Below, piece after piece: positions 1 through 12,802 of a stretch of 64,000 bases of DNA (position 1 is the stretch's first letter; every line of letters begins with the position of its first letter). A program made the position numbers and the translations under genes. Below the pieces are notes generated by a model. That model ran no database searches, was not told the origin of the DNA, and worked only from the letters and a program-made list of their open reading frames with translations. Source of the DNA: Chrysemys picta bellii. Lineage: Eukaryota. The stretch lies in the NCBI RefSeq assembly GCF_011386835.1, contig NC_088793.1:143158001-143222000 (forward strand). Reading direction: 5' to 3'.

Positions 1-354
1 CCTTGACTGCTTGTTGTAGGGTCCCTGGGTTAGAACCCAGTATAAAGCATGGGCCTGGGTTCCCCTACCAGCCACTGAGGAAGTGTCAACATTAAGGGGT
101 GGTGAAAGGGAAGACTGCCTGGAGAGTGGGTCCTGAGGGACTTTGATACACGCACCACCTCCAGAAGGGGAAAGCTACAGTGATCTGGCTGGACTCGGAG
201 GGCCAAGTGACTAAGTGGAAGCAGTCAAGTCCAAAGACAGCAAGAGTGAGAGACAGAGAGAGCCACCACAGGAAGGGGCATCAGACTGGCAGAGCTAATC
301 CCCAGATGTGGCCAGAAGGAGGTGCTTCAGCAGTGAGTAGAGCACCCTGTGATA
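1..354 (+). mobile_element. 3' part of a Gypsy-type LTR, truncated by the window start
   Basis: Positions 18-64 (gggtccctgggttagaacccagtataaagcatgggcctgggttcccc) resemble the reverse complement of 34293-34340 in the solo LTR at 34151-34814. Ends in cctgtgata, a degenerate LTR end. Confidence 0.6.
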
Positions 355-661
355 GACCCTCTACTGAGACTAGGTCATATACACTTATGAATGACACTAG
401 CTTCTGCTTATGGTAGATTGACATGATTCTGGCTAGCTGAAGAGAAGGATAATGAAAAACACCATTACTGGTAAATAGCTCTTCCTTTTGGTTATGCTGT
501 TTTCTCCCCCCCAGCAAATTTGCACAATTCATATCTGCATCTCTTCAGAAGCAAGCTCATGCCAACTGTAAATAGATAGTAGTAGAACTTATGTTATTGT
601 CATTTTTTTCTGACAATACATGGAGGTATCATCATAAAACAGGATGGCATTTTGTTTACAG

Positions 662-828
662 AAAAGCAAGCTTGTGTTTGCATTTGACGGGCTGTGTTAA
701 GAAGGCTGAAAAGCATTTTAATCTCCGCAACATTCCTGCTCAGAAAGTCCACTTATACAAGTCCAAAAGTACTTTAATATTACTTTGGAAAATCATGAAG
801 ACAAATAAACTTTGCAGAGTCTTTTCAG
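662..828 (+). other. Exon-like segment (acceptor, one open frame, donor); unverified
   Basis: ttttgtttacag|AAAAGC...TTTTCAG|gtatgt. One frame is open, but the peptide is not recognised. Confidence 0.15.
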
Positions 829-1307
829 GTATGTCCTAAAGATGTATAGGCTTGGCAGAATTAAATTTTTATTTTTTAATGATGATGGATAATATCGATG
901 TTTTCTTTTAAGAATTTTTCTGATTTTTATCGATTTTAAATTGGCACAGTTGCATGAAATCACTGGCGGATCAGACAATAAATGATACTGTGCTCCAGTT
1001 CCGCTAACACTGGCGTTACATTATGGTTTATGCACATTAACATGGAACTCTAAGAAGTCCTCAAGTAGCATTTTTTTTAACTTTGCCATCTGTAAACTTT
1101 GATTTTTATGAATGGAATTATCTTTTCATCAGTTTGTGTGTGCAGTGAACTCAATATATACCAGCATTTACTGATGAAAAGCTAATCCTTCTGGGCCTAA
1201 ATATATATTGTCACTAACACTGAACAAACTGAAATCAGGCCTATTACGTTCTGTGCACGGATATGTAATAGCACAGAAAACAGGAACGTCTGGAGAAAAT
1301 TGTATAA

Positions 1308-1371
1308 GGACTGATCCTCAGCTGGAAGTCAGTAGAGCTGCGCCAATTTATGCCAACTGAGGATCTGATCC
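1308..1371. mobile_element. Small palindromic MITE-like hairpin element
   Basis: ggactgatcctcagctgg ... ccaactgaggatctgatcc inverted arms; same family as 5431-5517. Confidence 0.6.
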
Positions 1372-1925
1372 ATAGTCTATTTGAGCGTGAGATTGGGGAA
1401 ATTATAATCTTCTGCCACAAAATTTGGAGAAGATCTATATGTAATTTCCCATCTCTACAAACAATGTGATTGCTATTGCTTGTGAAATTCTTTTAATAAA
1501 GAGAAAATATGAGAGTACATCTTCTGGACTGGATTTCAAAAAGGCCAGATAATGGCTCTATCCTTTTGAAACCATTGTTAACCCAGCAGCTACACCCCTA
1601 CTACCCTATTCCAGAATAAAAATGGACTATTCACCAACAGAGAAACTACAAAAATAGATGTGTTCGGATTGATTCTCCTCTCTCTCTCACTGGTTTTACA
1701 GCATTGAACCTCCATTGATCTCAATAGAGTTCCTCCTGATTTATACTGGTGTAAACAACCCAGCCCTCCATTCTTCTGCCACTTCAAGCATTTAAAATAG
1801 AAGGGCCTCATTCTCATTTACACTAAAGCCTCTCTACCCTGCCCAGGCAGTGTAAAAGAGCCTTTTTTACACCCACTGTAAAGCCCCACCTCTGCACACT
1901 GTGAGAATGGTGCAAGGGGGCTTTA

Positions 1926-2146
1926 GGGCATGTCTGCTTGGCAAAAAAAAAAAACTCCAAACCCATGGCAGTAAGTCTCAGGGCCCCAGTCTACAGACTC
2001 AGGCTCACGCTACGGCATTAAAAATAACAGTGTAGATGTTCCAGCTACGTCCTGCCCCCTTCCCCATGCTTCAGAGCCTGAGCTCCAGCCCGAGCTAGAA
2101 TGTCTACACAGCTATTTTTAGTGCCATAGCAGAAGCCTGGGTATCT
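1926..2146. mobile_element. PIF/Harbinger-type MITE, right end truncated
   Basis: tta|gggcatgtctgc start; internal agtgtagat/tgtctacac inverted motifs; similar to the adjacent copy at 2150-2603. Confidence 0.6.
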
Positions 2147-2149
2147 TAA

Positions 2150-2603
2150 GGTATGTCTTCACTGCAAAACAAATAAACGGAGCACTGAGTCCCAGAGCCC
2201 TGGTCAACTGACTTGGGCTGTGTTGTATCACCCAGGCAAGCTATTAACAAACTTCAAAAGAACTTTATTTACAGTGGAAATCTCTTTACCAAACTGTAGC
2301 TGCACACTCTGTAACTCTCACTCAGCCTCCTCAACTCCTCCCCCCTCCTTCCTGTTTCCTGTCCTTTCAGACTCCCACAGCCAGTGCTACCAGTTCTAAT
2401 AATCACATGCAGCATCTAAACACCACAGGCTGGCACTATGGGGCGAAACATAGCAGTGTAGACTTTCCTGCTCAGGCCGAGCCCGAACAGCCTCGCTGCT
2501 ATTTTTGGCCACGTAGCATAAGGCCAAGGCCCAGGCTCTGAGACTCACTGCCGCAGGTTGTTATTGTTTTGTTGTTGTTGTTTTTAGCAGTGGAGATGTA
2601 CCC
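2150..2603. mobile_element. PIF/Harbinger-type MITE hosting a short LTR
   Basis: taa|ggtatgtcttcactgc ... gcagtggagatgtaccc|tga; degenerate TIRs and a 3-bp TSD-like flank. Confidence 0.65.
2221..2427 (-). mobile_element. 207-bp solo LTR (TG...CA) with 5-bp TSD
   Basis: ggctg|tgttgt...accaca|ggctg (TSD at 2216-2220 and 2428-2432); AATAAA on the minus strand at 2264-2269. Confidence 0.8.
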
Positions 2604-5430
2604 TGAGTCTACATAAGAATCAGACCCCAAATCCCTACCCTTCCTGTACTGCAGTTCTGTGAAAGTCATCAACCTGATCTGACAGTGGGTTTTGCACAGC
2701 TCTAATTTGTACATGCAGCCTCATCAAGCCACGGCAAAAGTGCTGCAGGTGGGGCATTGTACTGACAGTGAAGAGGAAATGAATCATAACGTGCTGAAAA
2801 TGATGAAGGCCCTTGTGTCACAAAATATTAGATTCATTCTTTTTATGACTATTTTATACGTTGCAAAGTTCTTTTTAAGTGCTAATCCAAGCATAAAACT
2901 TTTTTTCCTCCTGAAATGAGAACTCTACAGTAAGTGTCATTTAGGAGAGAAGCGAACCAGTTCACCAAAGATGAACTAGCCTTTTTTTTTTTCTGACAGC
3001 ACAATCCTTAAAGCATCAAAATCATAAAGACACTTAAACGCCATAATAAAAAAAGTGAATAGATATTTAATCTTCTCGCTTTCTAACTGAGAAGCTATCC
3101 ATTTTCAAGTGTCGGATTCAAAATATTTCCTTGAATTAAAGATACCTACATAGGTTAGATCTCATTCTGTTTTATTATACAACAGAGGTCTCCTTGCCAA
3201 TAATCTTAAAACCATACACAGATAAATTAAAAGACATAAATTATAGCTAATATATCTGATAGGAATTCTCAAAAACATAAACCTGCATGTGTTTGCATTT
3301 TGTCACATATTCAGCTAAAATCAATAGAAAGCGTCTTTTTTTCTAAATTAAATGCTCTTTGCAATAAGGCGAGCTCTGCCATATTTCATTTGAAACTTTA
3401 ATTGACAATAAGATCTAGGTAGTAACTTTCAGTACATTGACTTATGGCCAAACAATTTTATGTTCTTTTTGCTATTAGCTTTACACTGCAAGAGATTCAA
3501 TGTGGGCCTGGTTCAAAGCCCATTGAAGTCAATGGAAGTCTTTTCATTTATTTCAGTGGAACATGGATCAGGCTTTTGATTCTCATCTTAGGTACACTTA
3601 CACCTGTGTAAGTGAGATAGGAATCAGCCCCCAAAGGTTGTGATATCCTCAGGGGCTTGTTCTCCAGAGCCTTCCGTCTTGTGTAGTCATTTACTGGTGT
3701 GCAAAGCTGCTGTAAAGTGCTACTAAGTTTCCTTTCCACTCACTTTGCAGCGCTGTAAAAGACTGCACAAGTCTTAAGGCAGTGGAGATTCATGCTGCAA
3801 AGGTTTAAATGTGAGATTCAAAAAGAGAACGCCCATTGTTACAAATCTTCATACTCCATCATGCAGAAAAAAAATCCAGTATTAACTAAAGAAATAAATA
3901 GGAAAACATAGTGTATGCATATTTAAGCATACAGTTTTAAAGTATCTCATATATAGTTAACTTCCATCCCTCCTAAACACATTTTGTTCAAAGGACACAA
4001 CAAGTACTTGTGGAAGAATTCTGCAACAACACGTTGTCTGCTGACAAGTTTATAATATTAATTGCTGGAGCCTGCAAGCCTCAAAGGAGTCATTGTGGGT
4101 TGGGTACAGCATTTGGGAAGAGGCTGCACTACGGGCTCTGACCATCGTGGAGTTATACATAATGGGGCAAGTGAGAGAAAGGAAGCAGTGGGAAAGGGGG
4201 GAGAAAGAAACTTAGAAAAAGAGATGCCATTATCCTTCTTACAGCATCTAAGAGCCTCAGAGGACCTTCTTTCACCTCACTGATGCATAGGTCCTTCAGA
4301 GATACAGAGCTGTCTTGCATATGTGTGAGGATCTGATGGAGCATTTAGAATGACTTAGCAGACCCATGTCATCTTTGTCCAAGAGTCAGCACAGCACTTG
4401 GTTCCTTGATAGGATACAGGGTTCCTTCAGAGTTTCATAGTGCACTCCGTGGGCATCAGCCAGTCTGCTGCCTCTATGCTTGGAGGACTTCAAAATGCTA
4501 TGATCTACAGGGTTACAAATCAAACAAGTCTGTCTACGGAATAAGAATTCTATGCCATAGCAAACTTACCATCTGTACTGGACATTGTAGATGACATATA
4601 CTTACATCCCTCTGAGGAGACTAAGAAGACAATGGTATAGAAATAAGAAACACGGATATGATCGCTGCATGTGGTGTAAAGGCAGCATTCATGACTGTGT
4701 GGGATAGATATCCAAGATCATGCCATGATTCCAGTGTCCTGCCGTTGGCCTTCCCCACATTCTGTGTGCATCCTGAGCACATAGTTTCTCCTTTGAGAAG
4801 AGAGGACATTTGAGTACTAGCATCTCATCCCTGAGTGGGTGGTAACTTCTGTAGTTATGATGGTAATTTCTGGGTCTATAAAGCTGGTCTTCATCTTCCC
4901 CTCATTACCCTTCATCTCTGCCATCTCCACCATCACTGGAAATGAAATCAGGTGTGTCTGATCACTCTTCAAAGATATCTGAAATAACTGCGGCACTGTG
5001 CACCTGACCCTCATCAGTATGCAATTTGCTAATGTACATATATCAATGTACATTACACCTATTACACATTTCTGACCAATCCTGAGCACATACGAAAGTC
5101 TACACGGGCATTTACAAAAATATTATCAAGCACTGAGTTTCAAATCCCCTGTGATTGTGCTCTGTGTTCATGGTATTTACTGGCCATGTGGATGGTCTTG
5201 GTGTCCACCAATTGCCTGAGATATGGGCATAGTTTAAGGGCTTTGCTGATTTGACTGGACAAACTTCTCCCTTATTTCACAGAGAGAAGAACAAGCCCTG
5301 GACCTTCAAGGGAAAAATACTGTGGGTTATTTCTGCATGGGGGACAGTCTGGCTCTGAGACACTGGGGTTTCTCTTCATACCAAGAAAAGGAAATAACTG
5401 GTAACTTCTGTTGCATCTGTAGCAAAGAAT

Positions 5431-5517
5431 GGGCCAGATCCTCAGCTAGTGTAAATCAGTGTAGCCCCATTGATTTAATAGAGCTGTGCTGACCTACACC
5501 AGCTGTGGATCTGACCT
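5431..5517. mobile_element. Small palindromic MITE
   Basis: gggccagatcctcagctagtgtaaat ... ctacaccagctgtggatctgacct inverted arms around a ccattgattt core. Confidence 0.7.
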
Positions 5518-7179
5518 GTTGAATGGACTATTCTAAACATGCTGAAAAGTGAGAATTGGTAAGAAATTGTTATTTTAATTGCTTTTGGCTCATGCCTTTA
5601 AGTGCAAATGTTTCCTCCAGTGTGATGTCTAGATCTTTTAAAATGGTAAACTATTCAAACACATTTGTTATTCTCCGCATGAAAAATGATTTTTAGGTCT
5701 ATTATGAATTTATTTTTCTGCAACTTTCATTTCTGCTTTGCTGTTTTCTAATCTTTGCTAGGCAGCGAATGGAAACTAAATTAACTCTTGTCAGTCACAT
5801 TGCTTCTTTCTAAGCCTCATACCTACATTTATAGGGAGAATACAGATTAACTGTTCCAATAGCTCAGACATGCTGAACTGCATTTATGTCTTCCATATTA
5901 TTTTCCCTTCAAAAATGTATGAGTAAATGTTATGCCCACGCATGTGAGGGACAAATAGCACCCGACTGAGTTAGACATAACACATGGAGATGCTTTGCAA
6001 GGGCCAGGTCTTGTTCCAACTTATGTCTGTGGCAAAAATCTTTATTGCACTTAGTGGGAAAGATCAGGGCCCTGGTCCTATGCCATTCCCCACTCCCAAA
6101 ATTGATTCCAGTCCTCATCTACATCTCAGAGAGCCTTGATTTTTGTATATATATAGAGTAAGTCCATTGGAACCAACGAAGTTACAGAGATGCAAAAAAC
6201 ATTGCTCATAGTATTTTCCTGAGCTGTCTATCAATTGTGGGGGGAAATCTGTGATATGCACCATCAGAGATACCACTCATCTTATATTTCATGATATCAT
6301 CCCATTTTTCATGGATCTGTTTTGTGTTTCACTTGGCCAGCTCACAAGATGTAAAATATACCTAATTTAGTGCAGATAGTGAACTAAACTTTGTGCATAA
6401 ACCTATGCATCTCAGGCACAAGGAATAAACATTTGAGCTCATTTGCATTTGTAACTGAAATCAAGACTGGAACCAAGCTCTGCAGGGGTGATCAGGCTCC
6501 ACACACTAGCTATACCCTGTGACGAGCAGTTGCTTTCAAGTGTCTTCTGAGTGAGACATTACAGCCCCCATGTAGCAATGAACAGAACTGTAACAATTTC
6601 GCAATACCATTAGATCTTCTAAATAGCAACAGCATTTAAATATTCTCTCCTCACTTTTATTTTTATTTCATTGACCAGAAACTCTAAAAATACTTGTGAG
6701 TGGCTGGAAGGCTTTCATGAGGTTCTTTCTAATTCTAACACCTGCATGGACTGGTCATAATCTCACAAATGTAGCTCCCAACTCAAGGGAATTACTCCTG
6801 ATCTTAATAGATGTTACACCAGAATCTAAGTTCTGCTCTTTCAAACCATCTTTCCCGTTTTTGGAGTCAAAACTGGACAATCTTTACATTTGTAACCATC
6901 AAGAACAAAATCCAGAGGTGGCAAGGGTTATCTGTCCAATGGGAAGATGGTGTTATTGTCGCCATTTTGATATTTATGTGGGTGTGCAAAATGCATGTCA
7001 TATGCTTTAAAGGGCAGGAGAGGCATAGCTAGTCAAGTGGATGTGGTTGGCCTAAATGAGAGCAGCCCAAAGCAGGCTTGGGTTAACAGCTGATGCACTG
7101 ACTTCTGTGGAAATTGTGCCTATTCAGAAGCAAGCTGGATAAAGGACGATTGGGCCAGTGTTTAGAACAATAATCCAGA

Positions 7180-7460
7180 ATTTGGTAGACCTGGGTTTAA
7201 GTCCCAGCTCTGCTATAGATTGTGTGACCTTGGGCAGGCCACTTAGGGATAAACTTTTAAAGGTGTTTAGGTCCCTAAAGATGCAGCTAGGTGATCAGTG
7301 TAATTTTTCAGAAGTGTCTAGGCGCTTATCTGTATCTTTAGGTATCTATATATACACCTTTAAAAATCTAGCCCTTAGCCTTTTTGATCCTCAGTTCCCC
7401 TACTCATAAGGGTGTTGTGAGGGTAAATACAGTAAAAGATTGAAGTGCTCAGTTACTATG
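7180..7460 (+). mobile_element. tRNA/CORE-type SINE interrupted by a MITE
   Basis: gacctgggtttaagtcccagctctgc...tgtgaccttgggcaggccact (B-box and CORE-like); resumes after the insertion as cctcagttcccc...gggtgttgtgaggg. Confidence 0.65.
7246..7374. mobile_element. PIF/Harbinger-type MITE with TTA TSD
   Basis: tta|gggataaacttttaaaggtg ... cacctttaaaaatctagccc|tta. Confidence 0.8.
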
Positions 7461-7604
7461 TTAATAGAGGAGGGCATATGAGAGATCTGGAAGTGAGAAA
7501 GTATTAATGATGTCTGTAGTGGTGCACTTTTAAGTTTACTGGTTGGTTTGCCCACTGCAAACTACTCTTGGCTGATTCATTTGCTTGCTGCGTTAAGCTA
7601 TGCA

Positions 7605-7742
7605 TAGTAGTTTTGGATCACTTGATGATTACCTGTTCTGTTCATTCCCTCTGAAGCACCTGGCATTGGCAACTGTTGGAAGACTGGTCACTGGGCTAGA
7701 TGAACATTTGGTCTGACCCACTGTGGCCGATCTTATGTTCTT
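7605..7742 (+). mobile_element. CR1 LINE 3' end
   Basis: cctgttctgttcattccctctgaagcacctggcattggc...ctgggctagatg...ggtctgaccca...tcttatgttctta, the typical CR1 3'UTR and tail. Confidence 0.8.
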
Positions 7743-7893
7743 AAATGGGAAACACATCACCCTCTGATCATATATGGCTATAGTGCACTCTGGTTTGTTC
7801 TCTCTGCAGGCTGCATTTGCAGGGTTTTAAAAGTTTTTTGTGGGGAGGACAATCTCATGCCCCTTGTGCTCAATTTTTTTAAACTCATCCTCC

Positions 7894-9024
7894 TATGACA
7901 TGTCCCCAGCGTACAATCTGGAAATGTAGGACTGCTGTGCCACCTTAATTCTCCTCCCTGGGCTGTCTCTTATTATGCTGTGCTAGTGACAAGCAGCAAA
8001 ACCCTGCCAAGTGCTGTGATCACTCAGCCAATAGCATGCAGGGACACACCCAGCTAAACTGCATGAATGCTCTATAAGCCACTCATGAATCATACAGAGG
8101 GACACCAGCAAATCTCTCCAGCCTTGCACCCCAATGATGCCCCATCTTACATTGCTCAAGACCTTTTGTTGAACAGTGCAAGCTCATTAATTAATTTGCC
8201 ACTTCATCAAATGAAAGTGAACATGCACCAGCCTTTGTAATCTGAGCAGATTCCCCAAGCACTTTAGACACTCCCTGGTAAGGATAAAACATTAAATAAG
8301 TTTATTTCCTGCAGAAAGATAGATTGTAAGTGATTAGAGGTGTAAGGCACAGAGGTCAACATTGGTTACATAAGAAATAAAAATAGAATTGCAGTCTAAA
8401 TTTTAACTTTAACAGAATAAGTAAGATTTTACTTAAACAGCTTTTCTCACCTCGCTGGGTGTTGTAGGCAGTTTACAGTTCTTAATAAACAGGCTGAATT
8501 TTCTTCTCAGCCTGGACCAACCTCCCCAGTTCAAGTCTTTGTTTTCCAAAAAGAACTTCCAAGTGGGGGAGGAGATGGGGGAGGAGAGAGGCCAAGTGGT
8601 GATATCATCAATTCTCATTTATATTTTCTATCCAGGTGCTACAAAGATCCTTGCTGTGACATGGGGGTTAGGTAGCCCCCACTGTGTATATGCCCTTTCT
8701 GAGGAGTCTCTGGGATAGTGGATTCTTCTTGAGGGGTCATCAAAACCTGTATGGCTAGTCCTGATGTAAATCTGTCTTGTTAATTGCTCCTTTGTTGCCA
8801 CCGAAAGGCTAGTTTTGGGTGTTTCCCACTTACCACATATATCAGTAACACATAGAGCAATACTTCACATACAATAATATTGCATACAATGTAACAGGAT
8901 ATTAATGTTCAACAGATCAAGACTTTTTAAATGATACCTCACAAGGCATGCATTGTATAAAACATATCATAAACATACCACAGTGGTGAATATGGGGTGC
9001 TATTTTGAGGTACAGAGTGTCACA
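7894..9024. mobile_element. Solo LTR (1131 bp, probably Gypsy-type) with 5-bp TSD
   Basis: cctcc|tatgaca ... tgtcaca|cctcc; the middle part matches 44540-44745. Confidence 0.8.
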
Positions 9025-10149
9025 CCTCCCCACCCATTTTTCACCACATTTAGGTCCCAGTGGATCTCCATAGTTTATATATGAGGAGAAACTAATTTTC
9101 TGCTAGTGTTATTCCATTGAAAAAAACAGAGTTATTCATGCAGATATTTTGGCCCTAATTCTTTTCAACTGAGTGTGATGTCTGAGATACTAATATTTCT
9201 TTCCTTGTCACTATTAAATTTCCTGCTCTTCTGTGGGGTTTATGATTGTCTATCATATTTCCACTTATGTTTTATTCATCCTCCATTCCTATCTCATAAT
9301 ATCTGATTCTCAAAAGCAAGAAACAGTCATGCTAAATAGAAGTGTTATAAAGGTTTATGTGATAGATTTTGCTATTAGAGTACAATTATCACCTTAGTGA
9401 AATGTTTTTTCTACTCTGAATAGCTCTGAATTATGGTAAGGGAAGATCTGGATAGAACAAGAGCTTCCAAAGGGAGATTAAGGTTTAAAATCATCCCACC
9501 TAGGGCATTTATGCAGTAAAATATAGCATCATGTGTAGTGCTAGGGTATTGATAGACCTCATAGCTCAGTATGAAAAATCCCCACAATGCTGCAACCCCC
9601 AACAAATGGTGCTAGTCTGGCACCATTACCAGCCTGTACTGTAACAGGAGTGATAGCAACCACAATATGATGGGTCAGGCACACAATACTTCTAGTTCTA
9701 ACTCCTTGTTTTCAGTCTTTCAGGAAGTTCTGAATCTTTTATCTCTAAGGCTGAAATTTTCCACGTTGGGTCCCAGCCCAAAAGTGAGTGGTTCTGAAGC
9801 GTGTGAATGAAAGCCTTTCAAGTGTTTTGGACTATGAGAGGAGTGAAATGAAGCCTATCAAGATGGAGTTAGAAAACTGAAATTTGGCATGAAAATAGAC
9901 CTCCTTGAGGGACCTTTGAAAGTTGGTTTTGATTCAAATTAGGGCCTCCTGAAAAATCATTCCACACAGAAGTCTATTCTGCAAGTAGTTTTCTTACATG
10001 TGAAGTGCACAGCTAAGGAAGGCCAGACTTTGGTTGTATAAATTGCAGAGCTGGCTGGGGATTCCCTCCCAGGAAAAGTTTTGATTAAAAAAACAAAAAA
10101 ACAAAACAAAACAAAAAAATTGTTCTTGTCAAATTTTCCATAAAAATGT

Positions 10150-10471
10150 CAGGCTTCTCCATTCCTGGATCTCTGCTTGGACATGTCAGCCAACACACCC
10201 TTCTGTTGCTCTCCTGCCTTCAGCCTTCCCCTAGGAACATCCTAAAGCTACCATCCAGGAACTTCCAAAATCCTCTGGTCTGTGGCAACTCTCACCTCCT
10301 AATCTCTCGCTCCCAGGCAGCTCTCACCTATCCTTTTGCTTATTGCACACACCCTACTCTTCTCCCCTGTAGGGCCCAGGTGCCCTCTTTTAAGCCCAAT
10401 TATGAGACAGCTAATGAATCACCAGTGCACTGGCTCTTTCCTTCTTAAAGGGCCACTGTCATGCTGTGACA
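10150..10471 (-). mobile_element. LTR fragment
   Basis: Ends ttaaagggccactgtcatgctgtgaca (minus strand begins tgtcacagc...gtggccctttaag), an LTR-like start; left boundary approximate. Confidence 0.45.
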
Positions 10472-12086
10472 AACCTCTTCTTGTCTGGAGATCTTGTGGA
10501 AGGAAGGGTCAGATACTGCACTGACAGGGGGAGGAAGGGGACAGATTGGAAGGGACATGCATCATACTTCCACCAACCCAATAGACTTCACATAGAAAAG
10601 CAAATACAGCATGGGAGTGTATTAGCTTGTCTACAGAGCACCTTCCATGAATGAGATTCTTCCCTAAGGATGGAGCTATGCTACTCAAAGCCTGGGGGAA
10701 AATGGAGCTACAAAGATAATATGGATGGCCTAGGCCTCTTTCTGGATTCCCATGGGGTTTGGGATGGGTCCTTTGACCTATTTCCCTGGAGGAGGAGGGC
10801 CAAACCTCCCCAGTAAAGTGATGTGGGTGATTCTCCATGAGGGCTCTTCTCTGCTGATCCCCTCCCACCTTTCTTTTCAGTGTTTTACTGCAGAAGAAGA
10901 TGATTTGGTAGCTCATAGAACACCACTTCTCAACAAGATAAAGAGATTAAAGAAATTGGGTAGTTTTAAGAAAGCCCCTTTGCAGTTGCAAGGAGCCAAA
11001 AATAGTTAGGTAAATGTTTAAGAAGTGAAGTCACCTCTGATTTTTGTACTTTTATATTTCCCAAATACTTTATCTGATTTGTCTCAAAGTTTCCAGAAAT
11101 CTTCCATGTTGGAATAAGATCACTCATGAAATGTCAAGTGGATTAGTTCAAATTTGCAGGAGTTGATAGGATGTTAATAATCAAGTGTATAATAAAAAGC
11201 TAGTTTCAACCTTATAGAAGAACTCTCATCTCAGCATAATTCATATGTGAACAATGAATTTTAATAATTCATTTTGAACTACTCCTGGAAACACATTATT
11301 TCAGTTCAGACTCTGACCTATTAATTACCTTGATCCCACAAATCATGGAGAACTAGTTGACAGTAATTCTCTTGATCCATGTGAGAGTAATAAGACTGTT
11401 CCATGAAAAGTTTTCAGATGAGGATTCACTACTGCCCCAAGAGAGGCTGTATTTTGCAGATAAAATTTTTAAGTTATGATAGCTTCTGGTTCACAGCAAA
11501 AGTACTGAAAAAATGCACTTATTAAAATGCTAACTGAGTGTCTCCTCTGAAGTAATGATAACATCATCAAATTTCAGAACCATTGGGGCAGCCAAAGCTA
11601 GAGAATTGATTGACTCTCTTGCAAAGTGACTCTAATTCAACTAATTAGATGTTGAACGGGTGTTAAAGTTCAGCTTGAGTGATTCATTGCTTTTTCAGCA
11701 ACTCTACCATTCTCATTTAAAGTTCCTGAAAGTTAAAATGGACTACAGTAACAGGTATAAACATCAAATGGCTTTGTGTTTGAAGACTTCTTTGTGAAGT
11801 GCTGCAGATTTTTTTTTTAACTAGGAATTTAAAACCAAGTTATCCTCTTCCTGTGCAATAATCCTATGGAATGGGCAAATTTACTCAAGCAAGTTCCTCA
11901 CCGACTTTCTAAGATAACTCCTTCCCCTGTATAGGAAAATATCAGCCACGCACTTGGGATTTGACCTTCTTCTAACCACATGTCATGCAAAAACTCCTAG
12001 TCACGCCCACATAGTGGAAGTCACACTCTGCTCCCCTATTCTATGCTCTTCACCCTCATAGTATGACTGCCTCAGTATGAATGCCA

Positions 12087-12447
12087 GGGGTAAAATTCAC
12101 AAAGGTACTTAACTGTTCAAGTCCCATTTTTAGGTACCACTGCAATCTGCAAAACTTCTGATTGGCTGCCAGTTCTTGCCACTGGGCATATGTACTGCAG
12201 CTTCACTGTAGGTGCCAGGGCTCTATCTCCTGCCTAAGCCCCAGAGTGGTTCACGAACTGGGGAAGACAGGCATTCAGCTGCCTAAGTCACATGCAGGGG
12301 GCCAGAACCTGTAGGTGTGATCAGAGGCTTGCCTACCACATCAGGCCACTCACATGAGGTTGCACAAAACATTTAGGGGAGCGGGGAGTGGCAGAGCTCC
12401 TTTATAACCCTTAGCCTAATGGTTAGGGAAGTCTCCCATGGTATAGA
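12087..12447 (+). mobile_element. Left arm of the TIR-bounded tRNA-module element family
   Basis: ggggtaaaattcacaaaggtactt start; similar to the reverse complement of 38800-39081; ends in a partial module agcctaatggttagggaagtctccc. Confidence 0.55.
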
Positions 12448-12508
12448 CAGCAGTTCTCAACCAGGAGTCTGGGGACCCCTGGGGGGCCGCGAGCAGGTTT
12501 CAGGAGTA
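12448..12508 (+). mobile_element. hAT-type MITE left end only
   Basis: cagcagttctcaaccagg, a hAT-type TIR (cagtggttctcaacc-like); no matching right end nearby. Confidence 0.5.
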
Positions 12509-12802
12509 TGTTGTGTATAGACAAAACGTGCTGTATAGGGATTGATTCCTACAAAGTAACCAAGCCGATCCCAAAGCATGTGATGTAATGTATGGTAATG
12601 CCAGGTATTGTAAATGTATATAAAGGAAGACGTTTTCAGAGTGACTTGGGATCGGTGAGGTACCCTGCATTCACCCCCTGTGTTTATGAATGAGCAACTC
12701 AGCATAGCTTTGCTGCATGCTGAAAAAAGGTACCTGAGTGATGAAATCTGGAGTCAAGCTGAGTAGAAGAAGCCTGAGAAGGAATCCCATCACTTATAAA
12801 CA
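12509..12802 (+). mobile_element. Short LTR-like segment
   Basis: tgttgtg...taaaca ends; TATA-like tatataaagg near 12616 and a degenerate poly(A) signal; no TSD found. Confidence 0.35.

Noticed and set aside
5701-5810. Strong acceptor-like polypyrimidine tract at 5761 (also 7810, 21858 and 22746)
   Set aside because: There is no suitable donor or open frame downstream, and isolated acceptor-like sites are common in AT-rich DNA.
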